From NCBI GenBank assembly GCA_002791545.1, contig PFXG01000010.1, forward strand, positions 40,161-104,160: DNA of 64,000 nt. Direction: 5' to 3'. Origin of the DNA: Zetaproteobacteria bacterium CG_4_9_14_3_um_filter_49_83 (GTDB lineage Bacteria > Pseudomonadota > Zetaproteobacteria > Mariprofundales > Mariprofundaceae). Shown one piece after another: positions 53,491 through 62,784 of the stretch (its first letter is position 1; every line of letters starts with the position of its first letter). Position numbers and translations under genes: made by a program. Under the pieces are notes generated by a model that saw only the letters and a list, made by a program, of their open reading frames with translations, did no database searches and was not told the DNA's origin.

Positions 53491-55098
53491 GTGGAACAAC
53501 GTAACGTATTAATATTTTTTGTGCTTTCTATCATGATATTCATGGTTTGGGGTGAGCTGTTTCCAAATCAGACAGTTCAGGATTCTGTGAATGTATCTCA
53601 GCAGCAAACCTCTTCGGCCAACGCTACTGCTCAGTCCGGACAGGAAATTACTTTAAATCCTGATGATGTGCCTGAATTGCGACCCTCAGATGAGTCGGTA
53701 AATACTGCCAGTGTTGCCAAGGATGTTCAGCCGCAAGGTCAACAGTTTGTGCTTCAGAATGATCGTTTACGTATGTCCATGGATGACCGTGGCTGGATCA
53801 CTGATGCCGAGTTTTTACAGTACACAGACAGTATAGAAAGTGGTTCACCCCAGGTTCATATGTTTACTACCAGTGAGTCTATTCAGCGTTATTTTAATGC
53901 CGGTTTGATTGGTTCTAAACGGACGGGGCCATTTGTAAAAATATCCGAATCATCTGTTGATGGCGGTACAGTTTTTCTTTTTCACGCCCCTGTTGAGCAA
54001 GGTAAACAGTGGCAGCGTCAGATTACCTTAATACCCGGTTCGTACCTTATTCACTTACAGGATAGAATTATTGGTGGGGCAGGTATAAAGATGTTCCGTC
54101 AGGTTGTTGAACGTAACCCGGATCGGAATTTAGACACATTTTATGAGCATGTTGGACCTATCGGCTTTTTAAATCATGAGCTTAAAGAAGTTGGTTATGA
54201 CGATCTCGATGACGATGGTCCTGTAAAACTCGCTGCTATCGGTGGTTGGACCGGTATGATGAACCGATATTTTATTGCCGCTATGGTTGGAAATAGTGAG
54301 CAGGACTATCGTTACTATTATAAAGGTGATGGTCGCTCTTATCAGTCCGGTGTTTTGGATGATGGTATTGTTGAGGACAATGGTGTTTTGTTTGATTCCA
54401 CTTTATATGTCGGACCAAAATCTATTTCATTGCTACGCGGTTTAAATCTCGATCTTGAGCGCAGTGTTGACTACGGTTATTTTGCCTTTATTGCTAAACC
54501 GATGCATGATTTTATGATGTGGATGAATAGCTACATAAGTAATTTCGGCTTTTGTATTATTCTGTTGGTTGTAGCTATTAAAATTCTCTTTTTCTATCCA
54601 ACGCAAAAAGCTTATGAATCGATGGCTTCAATGCGAAAAATTCAACCTGAAATGGTTCGTCTGAAAGATCTGTATGGTGATGATCGGCAGAAGATGGGTC
54701 AGGAAATGATGAAGCTTTATAAAAAGCATAAGGTTAATCCGATGGGGGGATGTTTACCCATTCTGATTCAGATACCTGTATTCTTTGCTTTATATAAGGT
54801 GCTGTTGATGTCGATTGAAATGAGACAAGCTCCGTTCATTGGATGGATTCATGATTTATCCGTTCAGGATCCTTATTTTGTATTACCTGTTGCTATGGGT
54901 TTGTCCATGTTCATCCAGCAAAAGTTAAATCCTCAACCCACTGATCCTATGCAAGCCAAAGTACTGCAATTTTTGCCACCGGTTTTCACAATTATGTTTT
55001 TATTCTTCCCGTCGGGGCTGGTTCTGTATTGGCTTGTGAATAATATTCTTTCAATTGCACAACAGTATTATGTGCTAAAGGTAAAGGATGCTATTTAA
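53491..55098 (+). CDS. yidC: membrane protein insertase YidC
   Basis: N-terminal TM, a large periplasmic domain, and the conserved C-terminal core (KMQ.LQP-like MRKIQPEM, KVNPMGGCLPILIQIPVFFALY). GTG start after AAGGAG. Confidence 0.96.
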   Translation: MEQRNVLIFFVLSIMIFMVWGELFPNQTVQDSVNVSQQQTSSANATAQSGQEITLNPDDVPELRPSDESVNTASVAKDVQPQGQQFVLQNDRLRMSMDDRGWITDAEFLQYTDSIESGSPQVHMFTTSESIQRYFNAGLIGSKRTGPFVKISESSVDGGTVFLFHAPVEQGKQWQRQITLIPGSYLIHLQDRIIGGAGIKMFRQVVERNPDRNLDTFYEHVGPIGFLNHELKEVGYDDLDDDGPVKLAAIGGWTGMMNRYFIAAMVGNSEQDYRYYYKGDGRSYQSGVLDDGIVEDNGVLFDSTLYVGPKSISLLRGLNLDLERSVDYGYFAFIAKPMHDFMMWMNSYISNFGFCIILLVVAIKILFFYPTQKAYESMASMRKIQPEMVRLKDLYGDDRQKMGQEMMKLYKKHKVNPMGGCLPILIQIPVFFALYKVLLMSIEMRQAPFIGWIHDLSVQDPYFVLPVAMGLSMFIQQKLNPQPTDPMQAKVLQFLPPVFTIMFLFFPSGLVLYWLVNNILSIAQQYYVLKVKDAI

Positions 55099-55143
55099 TT
55101 TCTAGTTTTTACCTCAATTTAACGTGATGATTTTCCTATTTAA

Positions 55144-56469
55144 GTGATTGATCTGCGTAGTCATTTAACCATTGCTGCTATCGCCACGCCTCAGGGGCGT
55201 GGCGGCGTAGGTATTATTCGTTTGTCAGGCAACCTTGCATTATCCGTTGCTTGTGCGCTTTCTAATCTGGATAAACTTCAACCACGTCATGCAACATTGT
55301 CTCAATGGTGGGGGCATGACGGTTTGATTGATTCAGGTATCTGTATTTATTTTCCGGCTCCGCACTCTTATACAGGCGAAGATATTGTCGAATTGCAGGC
55401 TCATGGCAGTCCTGTTGTATTACAAATGCTACTTAAGCGTTGCTTGGAGCTTGGTTGTCATCCGGCAGAACCGGGTGAATTTACGCGTCGTGCTGTGCTG
55501 CATGGTAAGCTTGATTTATCTCAGGCAGAGGCTGTTATTGCTTGCATAGATGCTGATACTGAACGGGCTGCAAATCAGGCGCAGAGACAGTTACAGGGCG
55601 AATTTGGTCGTAAAGTTGAAGCTCTGATGGATGAAATTACCGGTTTTCTTGCGCACGTTGAGGCTTGCTTGGATTTTTCCGAGGAAGAAATTCCTGATTT
55701 ATTTTTAGACCAACTAACAGAAAAATTAACTCTCCAACTTGTTCTGCCTATGGATGCTATGTTGGCCACTGCTGATTTTGGCGAGCGATTGTTTAATGGT
55801 GTTCGCGTTGCCATTGTTGGAGCTCCGAATGTTGGAAAGTCCAGTCTTCTTAACGCTTTGTCGGGTCACGATAGGGCCATAGTGAGCGATATTGCCGGCA
55901 CAACACGGGATACGCTTGAAATTGATTTTGATATCCATGGTGTACCGGTTCGTTTGGTGGATACAGCAGGCATCCGGCAGAGTGATGATCTGATAGAACG
56001 CGAAGGCGTCCGTCGTGCTTTAGAATCTGCCAGGCAAGCCGACTTGGTCATATTTGTTGCTGATGCATCACGTCCTGAAACATGGACGTGCGAAGCAGGC
56101 TACGATGTTGCCGTACTGAACAAATTGGATGTCTCACCGGTCTCAATCCAATCTGAGATTCCTTTCATTCACGTCTCAGCTAAAACAAAAGAAGGCCTGT
56201 TACTGTTGGTTGATACGCTGGCTAACTTTTTGGGCGAGCAGCAAGCTACTGAGGATGTTTATATTACCAGCCACCGTCATCGTGTTGCTATCCAGCAATC
56301 TCAAAATCATATTAAACAGGCTATCCCATTACTTGGACAGGAAGCTACTCTGGATCTGGCTGCGCTGCACTTGCGGCAGGCCTGGTCGGCATTGGGCGAG
56401 ATTTTAGGTGTTGGCGATGTGGAAGTTATTCTTGATCGTGTGTTTTCTGAGTTTTGTATTGGCAAGTAA
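55144..56469 (+). CDS. mnmE: tRNA modification GTPase MnmE
   Basis: TIAAIATPQGRGGVGIIRLSG, G1 GAPNVGKSSLLN, DTAG, NKLD, and the C-terminal CIGK. Confidence 0.96.
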   Translation: MIDLRSHLTIAAIATPQGRGGVGIIRLSGNLALSVACALSNLDKLQPRHATLSQWWGHDGLIDSGICIYFPAPHSYTGEDIVELQAHGSPVVLQMLLKRCLELGCHPAEPGEFTRRAVLHGKLDLSQAEAVIACIDADTERAANQAQRQLQGEFGRKVEALMDEITGFLAHVEACLDFSEEEIPDLFLDQLTEKLTLQLVLPMDAMLATADFGERLFNGVRVAIVGAPNVGKSSLLNALSGHDRAIVSDIAGTTRDTLEIDFDIHGVPVRLVDTAGIRQSDDLIEREGVRRALESARQADLVIFVADASRPETWTCEAGYDVAVLNKLDVSPVSIQSEIPFIHVSAKTKEGLLLLVDTLANFLGEQQATEDVYITSHRHRVAIQQSQNHIKQAIPLLGQEATLDLAALHLRQAWSALGEILGVGDVEVILDRVFSEFCIGK

Positions 56470-56508
56470 CAGTTATGATACTATGCACAGCTATTTTTTG
56501 CTTATTTC

Positions 56509-56537
56509 TTGATGATATTATGCGGATCAGCCATAAT
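56509..56537 (+). promoter_or_regulatory. candidate sigma70 promoter of prk
   Basis: TTGATG, 17 nt, CATAAT. About 70 nt upstream of the prk ATG. Confidence 0.4.
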
Positions 56538-56608
56538 GTCGTTCCATTTTCTTGCAGGGCCATTTTCTTTCAGGTTAACGGCTCAAATTCATAAGGGAGG
56601 GATGATAT

Positions 56609-57472
56609 ATGTCTGTTAAACATCCAGTAATTTCTGTTACCGGTTCATCTGGGGCTGGTACAAGCACGGCTAAGACGGCTTTGGAGCATTTGTTTCGTCG
56701 TGAAAAAGTGACGCCTGCTATTGTTGAGGGTGATTGCTTCCATAAATTTGACCGCATGGAGTTTCGTGCAAAAGCTAAAGAATATGAAGCAGCCGGAAAG
56801 CGCCTGAGTCATTTTTCTGATGACGCTAACCTTTTTGGTAAGATCGGTGATCTTTTCAAAAACTATGGTGAAACAGGTATTAGTCAGGCACGTACATATG
56901 TACATGATGACGAAGAGGCTAAATTCTATGGCGTTGAGGCGGGTAAGTTTACCGATTGGCGTGATGTGGGTGAAGGTTCTGATCTGCTGTTTTACGAAGG
57001 TCTTCATGGCGCGGTTGAAGAAGCACGCCCTTATGTTGACTTAAGTATGGGTATTGTGCCGGTTGTCAATCTTGAGTGGGTTCAGAAGATCCATCGTGAT
57101 ACGGCAATGCGCGGTTATTCTTCAGAAGCGGTTGTTGAGAATATCTTGTCTCGTATGCATGATTATGTTCATTTCATTACTCCTCAGTTCACCTATACGG
57201 ATATTAACTTTCAGCGTGTTCCGTTGGTGGATACCTCAAATCCATTTATTGCTCGTGACGTTCCAACACCGGATGAGAGTCTGGTGGTTATCCGTATTCG
57301 TAAGCCAGAACAATGGGGTATCGATTTCCCATGGTTAACTTCAATGCTGAAGGATTCGTTTATGTCACGTCGTAACACGCTTGTTGTTCCAGCTGGTAAG
57401 ATGATGCTGGCTATGGAGATGATTCTTGCTCCGATTCTTCATGACCTTCTTGAGAATAAAAGAAAGTCTTAA
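56609..57472 (+). CDS. prk: phosphoribulokinase (Calvin cycle)
   Basis: MSVKHPVISVTGSSGAGTST P-loop N-terminus. 287 aa, colinear with bacterial class I PRK (CbbP). AAGGGAGGG lies before the ATG. Confidence 0.9.
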   Translation: MSVKHPVISVTGSSGAGTSTAKTALEHLFRREKVTPAIVEGDCFHKFDRMEFRAKAKEYEAAGKRLSHFSDDANLFGKIGDLFKNYGETGISQARTYVHDDEEAKFYGVEAGKFTDWRDVGEGSDLLFYEGLHGAVEEARPYVDLSMGIVPVVNLEWVQKIHRDTAMRGYSSEAVVENILSRMHDYVHFITPQFTYTDINFQRVPLVDTSNPFIARDVPTPDESLVVIRIRKPEQWGIDFPWLTSMLKDSFMSRRNTLVVPAGKMMLAMEMILAPILHDLLENKRKS

Positions 57473-57492
57473 TTGTAATGTGTGTTATCCTG

Positions 57493-57522
57493 AAGGGAGG
57501 GCTTTATGCCTTCCCTTTTTTT
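57493..57522 (+). terminator. rho-independent terminator after prk
   Basis: AAGGGAGGGC-tttat-GCCTTCCCTT followed by a T-run. Confidence 0.85.
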
Positions 57523-57669
57523 ATGTCCTATACAAACTGATAATTACATTTATACCATACAGTGTGCTCAATGTTTGTAGTAATATCGATATATTGTATG
57601 TATTGGTTAAACAATAGATTTAGCTGAAAAGTTAATTATGCTTCTGATATGAATGTTGATAAGAATAAA

Positions 57670-59547
57670 ATGTTTCACGTGAAACATCCTGATGGATGTG
57701 TTGATGTACTGGTTATCGGGGCCGGGCATGCGGGTTGCGAAGCTGCGGCTGCGGCTGCGCGACGTGGCGTAAAAGTTCGCCTGATTTCACAGAATCTTGA
57801 TACGATTGCGAAGATGTCCTGCAATCCCGCTATTGGTGGAATTGGTAAGGGACATCTTGTGCGTGAGGTTGATGCTCTGGGTGGTCTGATGGGAATCGCT
57901 GCTGATCGATCAGCTATTCAATATCGGGTGCTTAATAGAAGAAAAGGTCCGGCAGTACAAGCAACGCGCACACAATGTGATCGGCGTGTTTATCATCAGG
58001 TGATGAGAGAGTTGCTGGATGCTCATCCAAATCTTTCCCTGCATCAGGGGACGGTAAATGAACTTACCTTCAATGCTGATGTGGTAACGGGTGCGATAGA
58101 TGAGTTGGGTGTATTACACGAAAGTAAAGCTGTGATTCTGACAACCGGTACTTTTCTTGGTGGTTTGATTCATGTTGGGCAAACGAAGTTTCCAGCCGGT
58201 AGGGCGGGTGATGCAGCGGTTGTCGGGCTAACAGATGTTTTGTACAGACGCGAGTTTCGACTGGGCCGGTTGAAAACAGGTACGCCGCCCAGGCTTGATA
58301 AGCGATCAATTCGATGGGATGCATTAGCAAAGCAGCCGGGTGACGAAGAAGCGATGCCTTTTTCGGTGAATCATGACTGTATCGTGCGCCAGCAACATGA
58401 TTGTGCAATCACCAGAACAAATGCAAAAACACACGAAATCATACGTGCAAACCTTGATCGCTCCCCGATGTATTCAGGTCAAATCGATAGTCGTGGGCCC
58501 AGATATTGTCCAAGTATTGAAGATAAGGTGGTTCGCTTTGCTGATAAAGATAGTCACCAGATTTTTCTGGAACCCGAAGGGTTGGATCATGCTGAAGTTT
58601 ATCCGAATGGTATTTCAACTTCTTTACCCATTGATGTGCAATGGCGTGTTGTTCGTTCCATTGAAGGGATGGAAAATGCTTTAATCATCAGGCCCGGTTA
58701 TGCGATTGAATACGATTACGTAGATCCGACAGGGTTGAAGGCAACACTGGAAAGTAAGCGTGTAACCGGATTGTTTCATGCTGGGCAGATTAATGGAACT
58801 ACCGGATATGAAGAGGCGGCAGCACAAGGCTTGATCGCAGGTATTAATGCAGCCGCGATCGCATGTGATCTTGAGCTATGGGTTCCGGACAGGTCAGAGG
58901 CATATATCGGCGTCATGATAGATGATCTGGTGACGAAGGGCGTAAATGAACCATACAGGATGTTTACGTCGCGGGCGGAATTCCGCTTGCAGCTTAGGGA
59001 AGATAATGCAGAGCGTCGATTGGGCGCTGTGGCGTTGAAGTTGGGTTTATATACTGAAGAGCGCGTGAAGGCATATTCACTTCGTCAACAACGGGTATCG
59101 TCTTTGGAGGATCAGGTTCTGTCGCTGCAGTTGGGTAGCGGTAAGGAGTGGCAGGAGAGGTTGAATTCACATCGCTTACCAGAGGTAAAGAAGGCCACGG
59201 GATTTACTGCATATTGTCATCGCGTAGATGTGGATACTGAGCAGGCCTTGGCCTTGTTTGACGATTACAAGGCACTCTCAACGCAGGAAAGGATGACGAT
59301 CAAGGCTATTATTCACTATGACGGATATCTTGATAAGCAATTCGAAGAAGCTGAAAGATTCAAAGCAATGGAGCTGTCCGCGATACCTGAAGCGCTCGAT
59401 TATGGCGATGTTAAAGGGATGAGTATTGAGTGTATGCAAAAGCTTTCTCAGACCAGACCGGCAAACCTTGGTCAAGCTGCGCGAGTATCAGGCGTGACGC
59501 CTGCCGCATTAACCAGCTTAATGATTCATCTAAAGCGTGCCCGCTGA
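57670..59547 (+). CDS. mnmG: tRNA uridine 5-carboxymethylaminomethyl modification enzyme MnmG (GidA)
   Basis: [26 protein letters not shown] motif; colinear with GidA. ATG 57670 gives an N-terminus of E. coli-like length. ATG 57649 is an alternative. Confidence 0.96.
   Translation: MFHVKHPDGCVDVLVIGAGHAGCEAAAAAARRGVKVRLISQNLDTIAKMSCNPAIGGIGKGHLVREVDALGGLMGIAADRSAIQYRVLNRRKGPAVQATRTQCDRRVYHQVMRELLDAHPNLSLHQGTVNELTFNADVVTGAIDELGVLHESKAVILTTGTFLGGLIHVGQTKFPAGRAGDAAVVGLTDVLYRREFRLGRLKTGTPPRLDKRSIRWDALAKQPGDEEAMPFSVNHDCIVRQQHDCAITRTNAKTHEIIRANLDRSPMYSGQIDSRGPRYCPSIEDKVVRFADKDSHQIFLEPEGLDHAEVYPNGISTSLPIDVQWRVVRSIEGMENALIIRPGYAIEYDYVDPTGLKATLESKRVTGLFHAGQINGTTGYEEAAAQGLIAGINAAAIACDLELWVPDRSEAYIGVMIDDLVTKGVNEPYRMFTSRAEFRLQLREDNAERRLGAVALKLGLYTEERVKAYSLRQQRVSSLEDQVLSLQLGSGKEWQERLNSHRLPEVKKATGFTAYCHRVDVDTEQALALFDDYKALSTQERMTIKAIIHYDGYLDKQFEEAERFKAMELSAIPEALDYGDVKGMSIECMQKLSQTRPANLGQAARVSGVTPAALTSLMIHLKRAR
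57671..57686. promoter_or_regulatory. parS centromere site (perfect consensus)
   Basis: TGTTTCACGTGAAACA lies inside the 18-bp perfect palindrome ATGTTTCACGTGAAACAT (57670-57687). The palindrome begins with the mnmG ATG. Confidence 0.85.
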
Positions 59548-59550
59548 GCT

Positions 59551-60123
59551 ATGGATCATTTAATAAATTCAGAAAAAATGCATGCCTATATGGCTCTTGT
59601 TTTACGTTTTCGTAAGGTGCTTAACTTAACATCTGTTTCCGATGCGGCTATATTCAAACGCAGGTTCATCGATCCAACTGCGCTGATGTCTGAATATATA
59701 CCGGATACCGGTCGTATGCTTGATATTGGTAGTGGCATGGGAGTTCCGGGCATACCTTTGTTAATCCTTAAGTCCGGAGTTCATGGGGTGCTTGTCGAGC
59801 GAAGGAAAAAGAGAGCAGAGTTTCTAAGGCATGTAGTACGCGAGTTGGGTTTATCGGCTGAGGTTCACGATGCATCAGTAGAAGATCTGCCTTGCATGCA
59901 TGTGGATATCTGTGTGGCGCGCGCTGTAACGCGGGTGAACGTCCTTTTGGATATGTGTTCTATGCATACCAATCGGGGTGCTACAGCGGTCTTTCCTGTG
60001 CCTATCAATGAAGTTCCGGCAGTGTCAGCAGGTTGGACATTCAAAGAAAGTTTTATTGCGAATGCTGGGAGTGAGCAGCGCATACAAATTTATAAATGGG
60101 AGGATGTTTCACGTGAAACATAG
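59551..60123 (+). CDS. rsmG: 16S rRNA (guanine527-N7)-methyltransferase RsmG (GidB)
   Basis: SAM motif MLDIGSGMGVPGIPL. Conserved position after mnmG. Confidence 0.9.
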   Translation: MDHLINSEKMHAYMALVLRFRKVLNLTSVSDAAIFKRRFIDPTALMSEYIPDTGRMLDIGSGMGVPGIPLLILKSGVHGVLVERRKKRAEFLRHVVRELGLSAEVHDASVEDLPCMHVDICVARAVTRVNVLLDMCSMHTNRGATAVFPVPINEVPAVSAGWTFKESFIANAGSEQRIQIYKWEDVSRET

Positions 60124-60910
60124 CAATGTGGGTAAAACAGTTTGTATCGCCAATCAGAAGGGTGGGGTAGGTAAAACAACAACCAGCATAAATCTTGCTG
60201 CTTCATTGGCAGCATTAGAACATAGAGTATTGTTGATCGATATTGATCCACAGGGAAACTCGACGACCGGGTTAAATATCGAGAAAGCAGATGTGACGGC
60301 CGGTAGTTATGACTTGCTAACAAACAATGCAAGCTTACAGGAAGTCATAGTAAAAACAGAATTCGATAATCTGTTTATTGTCCCTGCAACCATGGATTTG
60401 GCGGGAGCTGAAGTCGAGCTGGTGAGTGCGAACAATCGTGAGCAAGTCATGCAAAATGCATTTCATCAGTATGAGGGAGAAGTCTATGACTTTGTCTTGA
60501 TAGACTGTCCACCGGCACTTAATTTGTTAACACTGAATGCGCTAACAGCATCTGACCGCGTGATGATCACGCTTCAAACAGAATTCTACGCGATGGAAGG
60601 ACTCAGTCAGTTGATTGATACTATCCGACGAATTCGTCAGTCGCTTAATAAAGAATTAAGCATCGATGGCATTGTGCTGACAATGGTGGATCGTAGAAAT
60701 AATCTGGCACAGCAAGTTGAAGATGAGGTCAGGGAGTATTTTGGAGAGCAGGTGTATGAGCAGATCATACCAAGAAATGTAAGACTGTCAGAAGCGCCAA
60801 GCTTTGGAATACCGGTATTATATCATGACATGAAATCAGCAGGTGCTCAGGCATATTTGCAGTTGGCGCAGGAGTTTTTGCAAAGGGAAGGAGAGAGTAT
60901 TAATGGTTAA
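60104..60910 (+). CDS. parA: chromosome partitioning ATPase ParA (Soj)
   Basis: Deviant Walker A IANQKGGVGKTTTSINLA. The start is ambiguous: ATG 60104, GTG 60113 (9 nt after GGGAGG) or GTG 60128. Confidence 0.93.
   Translation: MFHVKHSNVGKTVCIANQKGGVGKTTTSINLAASLAALEHRVLLIDIDPQGNSTTGLNIEKADVTAGSYDLLTNNASLQEVIVKTEFDNLFIVPATMDLAGAEVELVSANNREQVMQNAFHQYEGEVYDFVLIDCPPALNLLTLNALTASDRVMITLQTEFYAMEGLSQLIDTIRRIRQSLNKELSIDGIVLTMVDRRNNLAQQVEDEVREYFGEQVYEQIIPRNVRLSEAPSFGIPVLYHDMKSAGAQAYLQLAQEFLQREGESING
60105..60120. promoter_or_regulatory. parS centromere site (perfect consensus)
   Basis: The same 18-mer ATGTTTCACGTGAAACAT occurs at 60104-60121. It spans the last codons of rsmG and the first candidate start of parA. 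Confidence 0.85.
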
Positions 60911-61757
60911 CGAGATTAAGAAAAGAAGATTGGGTCGAGGGCTTGAATCATTGCTGGGAGATAAACCGGCGAAAGAAATAATGAATCAGGCAAGACCTGT
61001 GCTGATCTCAAAGATTAAACCAAGCAAGTTTCAACCAAGAACTCATTTTGATCCGGTCGATCTTGAACGCTTAACTGAGTCTGTTCGTAAAGAAGGTGTG
61101 TTGATGCCGATCCTTGTTCGTCCACAAGGGGATGGCTATGAGTTAATAGCTGGAGAACGACGCTGGCGGGCATCACAGGCTGCCGGACTGCTGGAAATTC
61201 CGGCTGTTGTCAGAGATGTGGATGATTTGCAGGCGCTGGAATTTGCGATTATTGAAAATGAGCAACGCAATGATTTAACAGCCATTGAATCTGCTAGGGC
61301 ATATAAACGATTAATAGATGAGTTTTCGTATACCCAGCAGCAAGTGGCTGAAAGCATCGGTGTATCACGTGTGCAGGTGAGCAATATGATACGTTTGATG
61401 CAGCTTCCTGCATCCGTTCAGCAGATGATAGAAAAGCGCGAATTGACGATGGGGCAGGCAAGACCATTGGTCGGCCTGGACGCAGCCAGAGCTGAAACCC
61501 TGGCTGCGAGTTGTGTCAAACATGGCTTGAGTGCTCGTCAAATGGAAAAAGAGGCTAAACGCTCAACCAAACAAGAAATCGTAAAAGCCAAAATGGAAGA
61601 TGCAGACGTATTGGCACTGCAAGATGAATTAACAAGAAAGCTTGGTCTGCCGGTAAATCTGATGTGTCGAAAAAATGGTTCGGGTGAATTAAAGATAGGT
61701 TATACAAGACCTGAAGAACTTGATGGCGTATTAAGCCGATTGCGTCAACAACGATGA
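60903..61757 (+). CDS. parB: chromosome partitioning protein ParB (Spo0J)
   Basis: RLGRGLESLLG, the GERRWRA arginine patch, and an HTH YTQQQVAESIGVSRVQVSNMIRL. Overlaps the parA end by 8 nt. Confidence 0.95.
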   Translation: MVNEIKKRRLGRGLESLLGDKPAKEIMNQARPVLISKIKPSKFQPRTHFDPVDLERLTESVRKEGVLMPILVRPQGDGYELIAGERRWRASQAAGLLEIPAVVRDVDDLQALEFAIIENEQRNDLTAIESARAYKRLIDEFSYTQQQVAESIGVSRVQVSNMIRLMQLPASVQQMIEKRELTMGQARPLVGLDAARAETLAASCVKHGLSARQMEKEAKRSTKQEIVKAKMEDADVLALQDELTRKLGLPVNLMCRKNGSGELKIGYTRPEELDGVLSRLRQQR

Positions 61758-62779
61758 ACGTTAACGGAATTCACTATCAAGCAGTGTTCTGGAAAAACAG
61801 CCCGTTAGCGGAAGGGGAGGTTTGTTGGATCGACCAGTGTGCATTGCCAACTTTATTTCGCATCAAATCAAGCCGTGACCCGGAAGTGGTTGCGCAAGCG
61901 ATAGAAAGCATGGAAGTACGTGGTGCACCAAGTATTGGTGCTTTCGCTGCGCTGGGGCTGGCTTTGGCAGCACAGCAGGACTGGGATCGTGTTGAAAGTT
62001 ATTGGCTGGCACGTTTCCGTCGCACCAGACCGACGGCTGTAAATTTATTTCATGCATGTGATGCCATGCAACAGGCGTATCAAAAGGCCAAACATAAAAG
62101 AGACATGGTTGATGCAGCAGAAAATTACTGTGCCGCAGAAGTGGCGCGTAATAAGCAGATAGGTGGTTACCTGGCAGAGGTGTTGGCCGTAGGTGAAAGA
62201 AGAATTCTGACCCACTGTAATGCCGGTTGGCTGGCTGCTGTGGACTGGGGAACGGCACTGTCCGGTATTTATCATTTACAACAGGCCGGGGAAACCCCGT
62301 TTGTTTGGGTCGACGAGACAAGACCACGCCTGCAAGGCGCACGACTTACAGCATGGGAATTACATCAGCAGGGCATTGCATGTCAGATTCAGGCAGATTC
62401 GGCAGCGGCCTGGATGATTGCATCGGGCAAGGTTGATGCCATTGTGGTCGGGGCAGATCGAATTGCCAGAAATGGTGATGTTGCAAATAAAATAGGTACG
62501 TACGGCCTTTCATTAGCAGCTAAAGCGCATGGCATTCCAATGTATGTGGCAGCACCGGAAAGTACATTCGATACAGCATGCCCAACGGGAAAAGATATAC
62601 CCATTGAGCAGAGAGCGGATGATGAAGTGTTGATAGCCGCCGGGCCAGATGAGCAAGGAATTGTGCAGCATATCCATATTTCAGCATCGGGCGTTGGGGC
62701 AAATAATCCGGCATTTGACGTGACACCGTATGCCAATCTAACCGGAATCATTTCTGAAAGAGGGCTGTGGCAGCCATAA
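61754..62779 (+). CDS. mtnA: S-methyl-5-thioribose-1-phosphate isomerase (eIF-2B alpha/beta/delta family)
   Basis: MEVRGAPSIG, RPTAVNLF, THCNAG, VDETRP..QGARLTAWEL, VGADRIA.NGD.ANKIGTY. Confidence 0.9.
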   Translation: MNVNGIHYQAVFWKNSPLAEGEVCWIDQCALPTLFRIKSSRDPEVVAQAIESMEVRGAPSIGAFAALGLALAAQQDWDRVESYWLARFRRTRPTAVNLFHACDAMQQAYQKAKHKRDMVDAAENYCAAEVARNKQIGGYLAEVLAVGERRILTHCNAGWLAAVDWGTALSGIYHLQQAGETPFVWVDETRPRLQGARLTAWELHQQGIACQIQADSAAAWMIASGKVDAIVVGADRIARNGDVANKIGTYGLSLAAKAHGIPMYVAAPESTFDTACPTGKDIPIEQRADDEVLIAAGPDEQGIVQHIHISASGVGANNPAFDVTPYANLTGIISERGLWQP

Positions 62780-62784
62780 ACACC

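Noticed and set aside
57481-57648. An E. coli-style oriC next to mnmG (AT-rich 125-bp spacer after the prk terminator).
   Set aside because: The only DnaA-box-like 9-mer has 2 mismatches (TTATCCTGA). There are no GATC clusters and no 13-mer-type repeats. The dnaA-dnaN spacer is a far better candidate.
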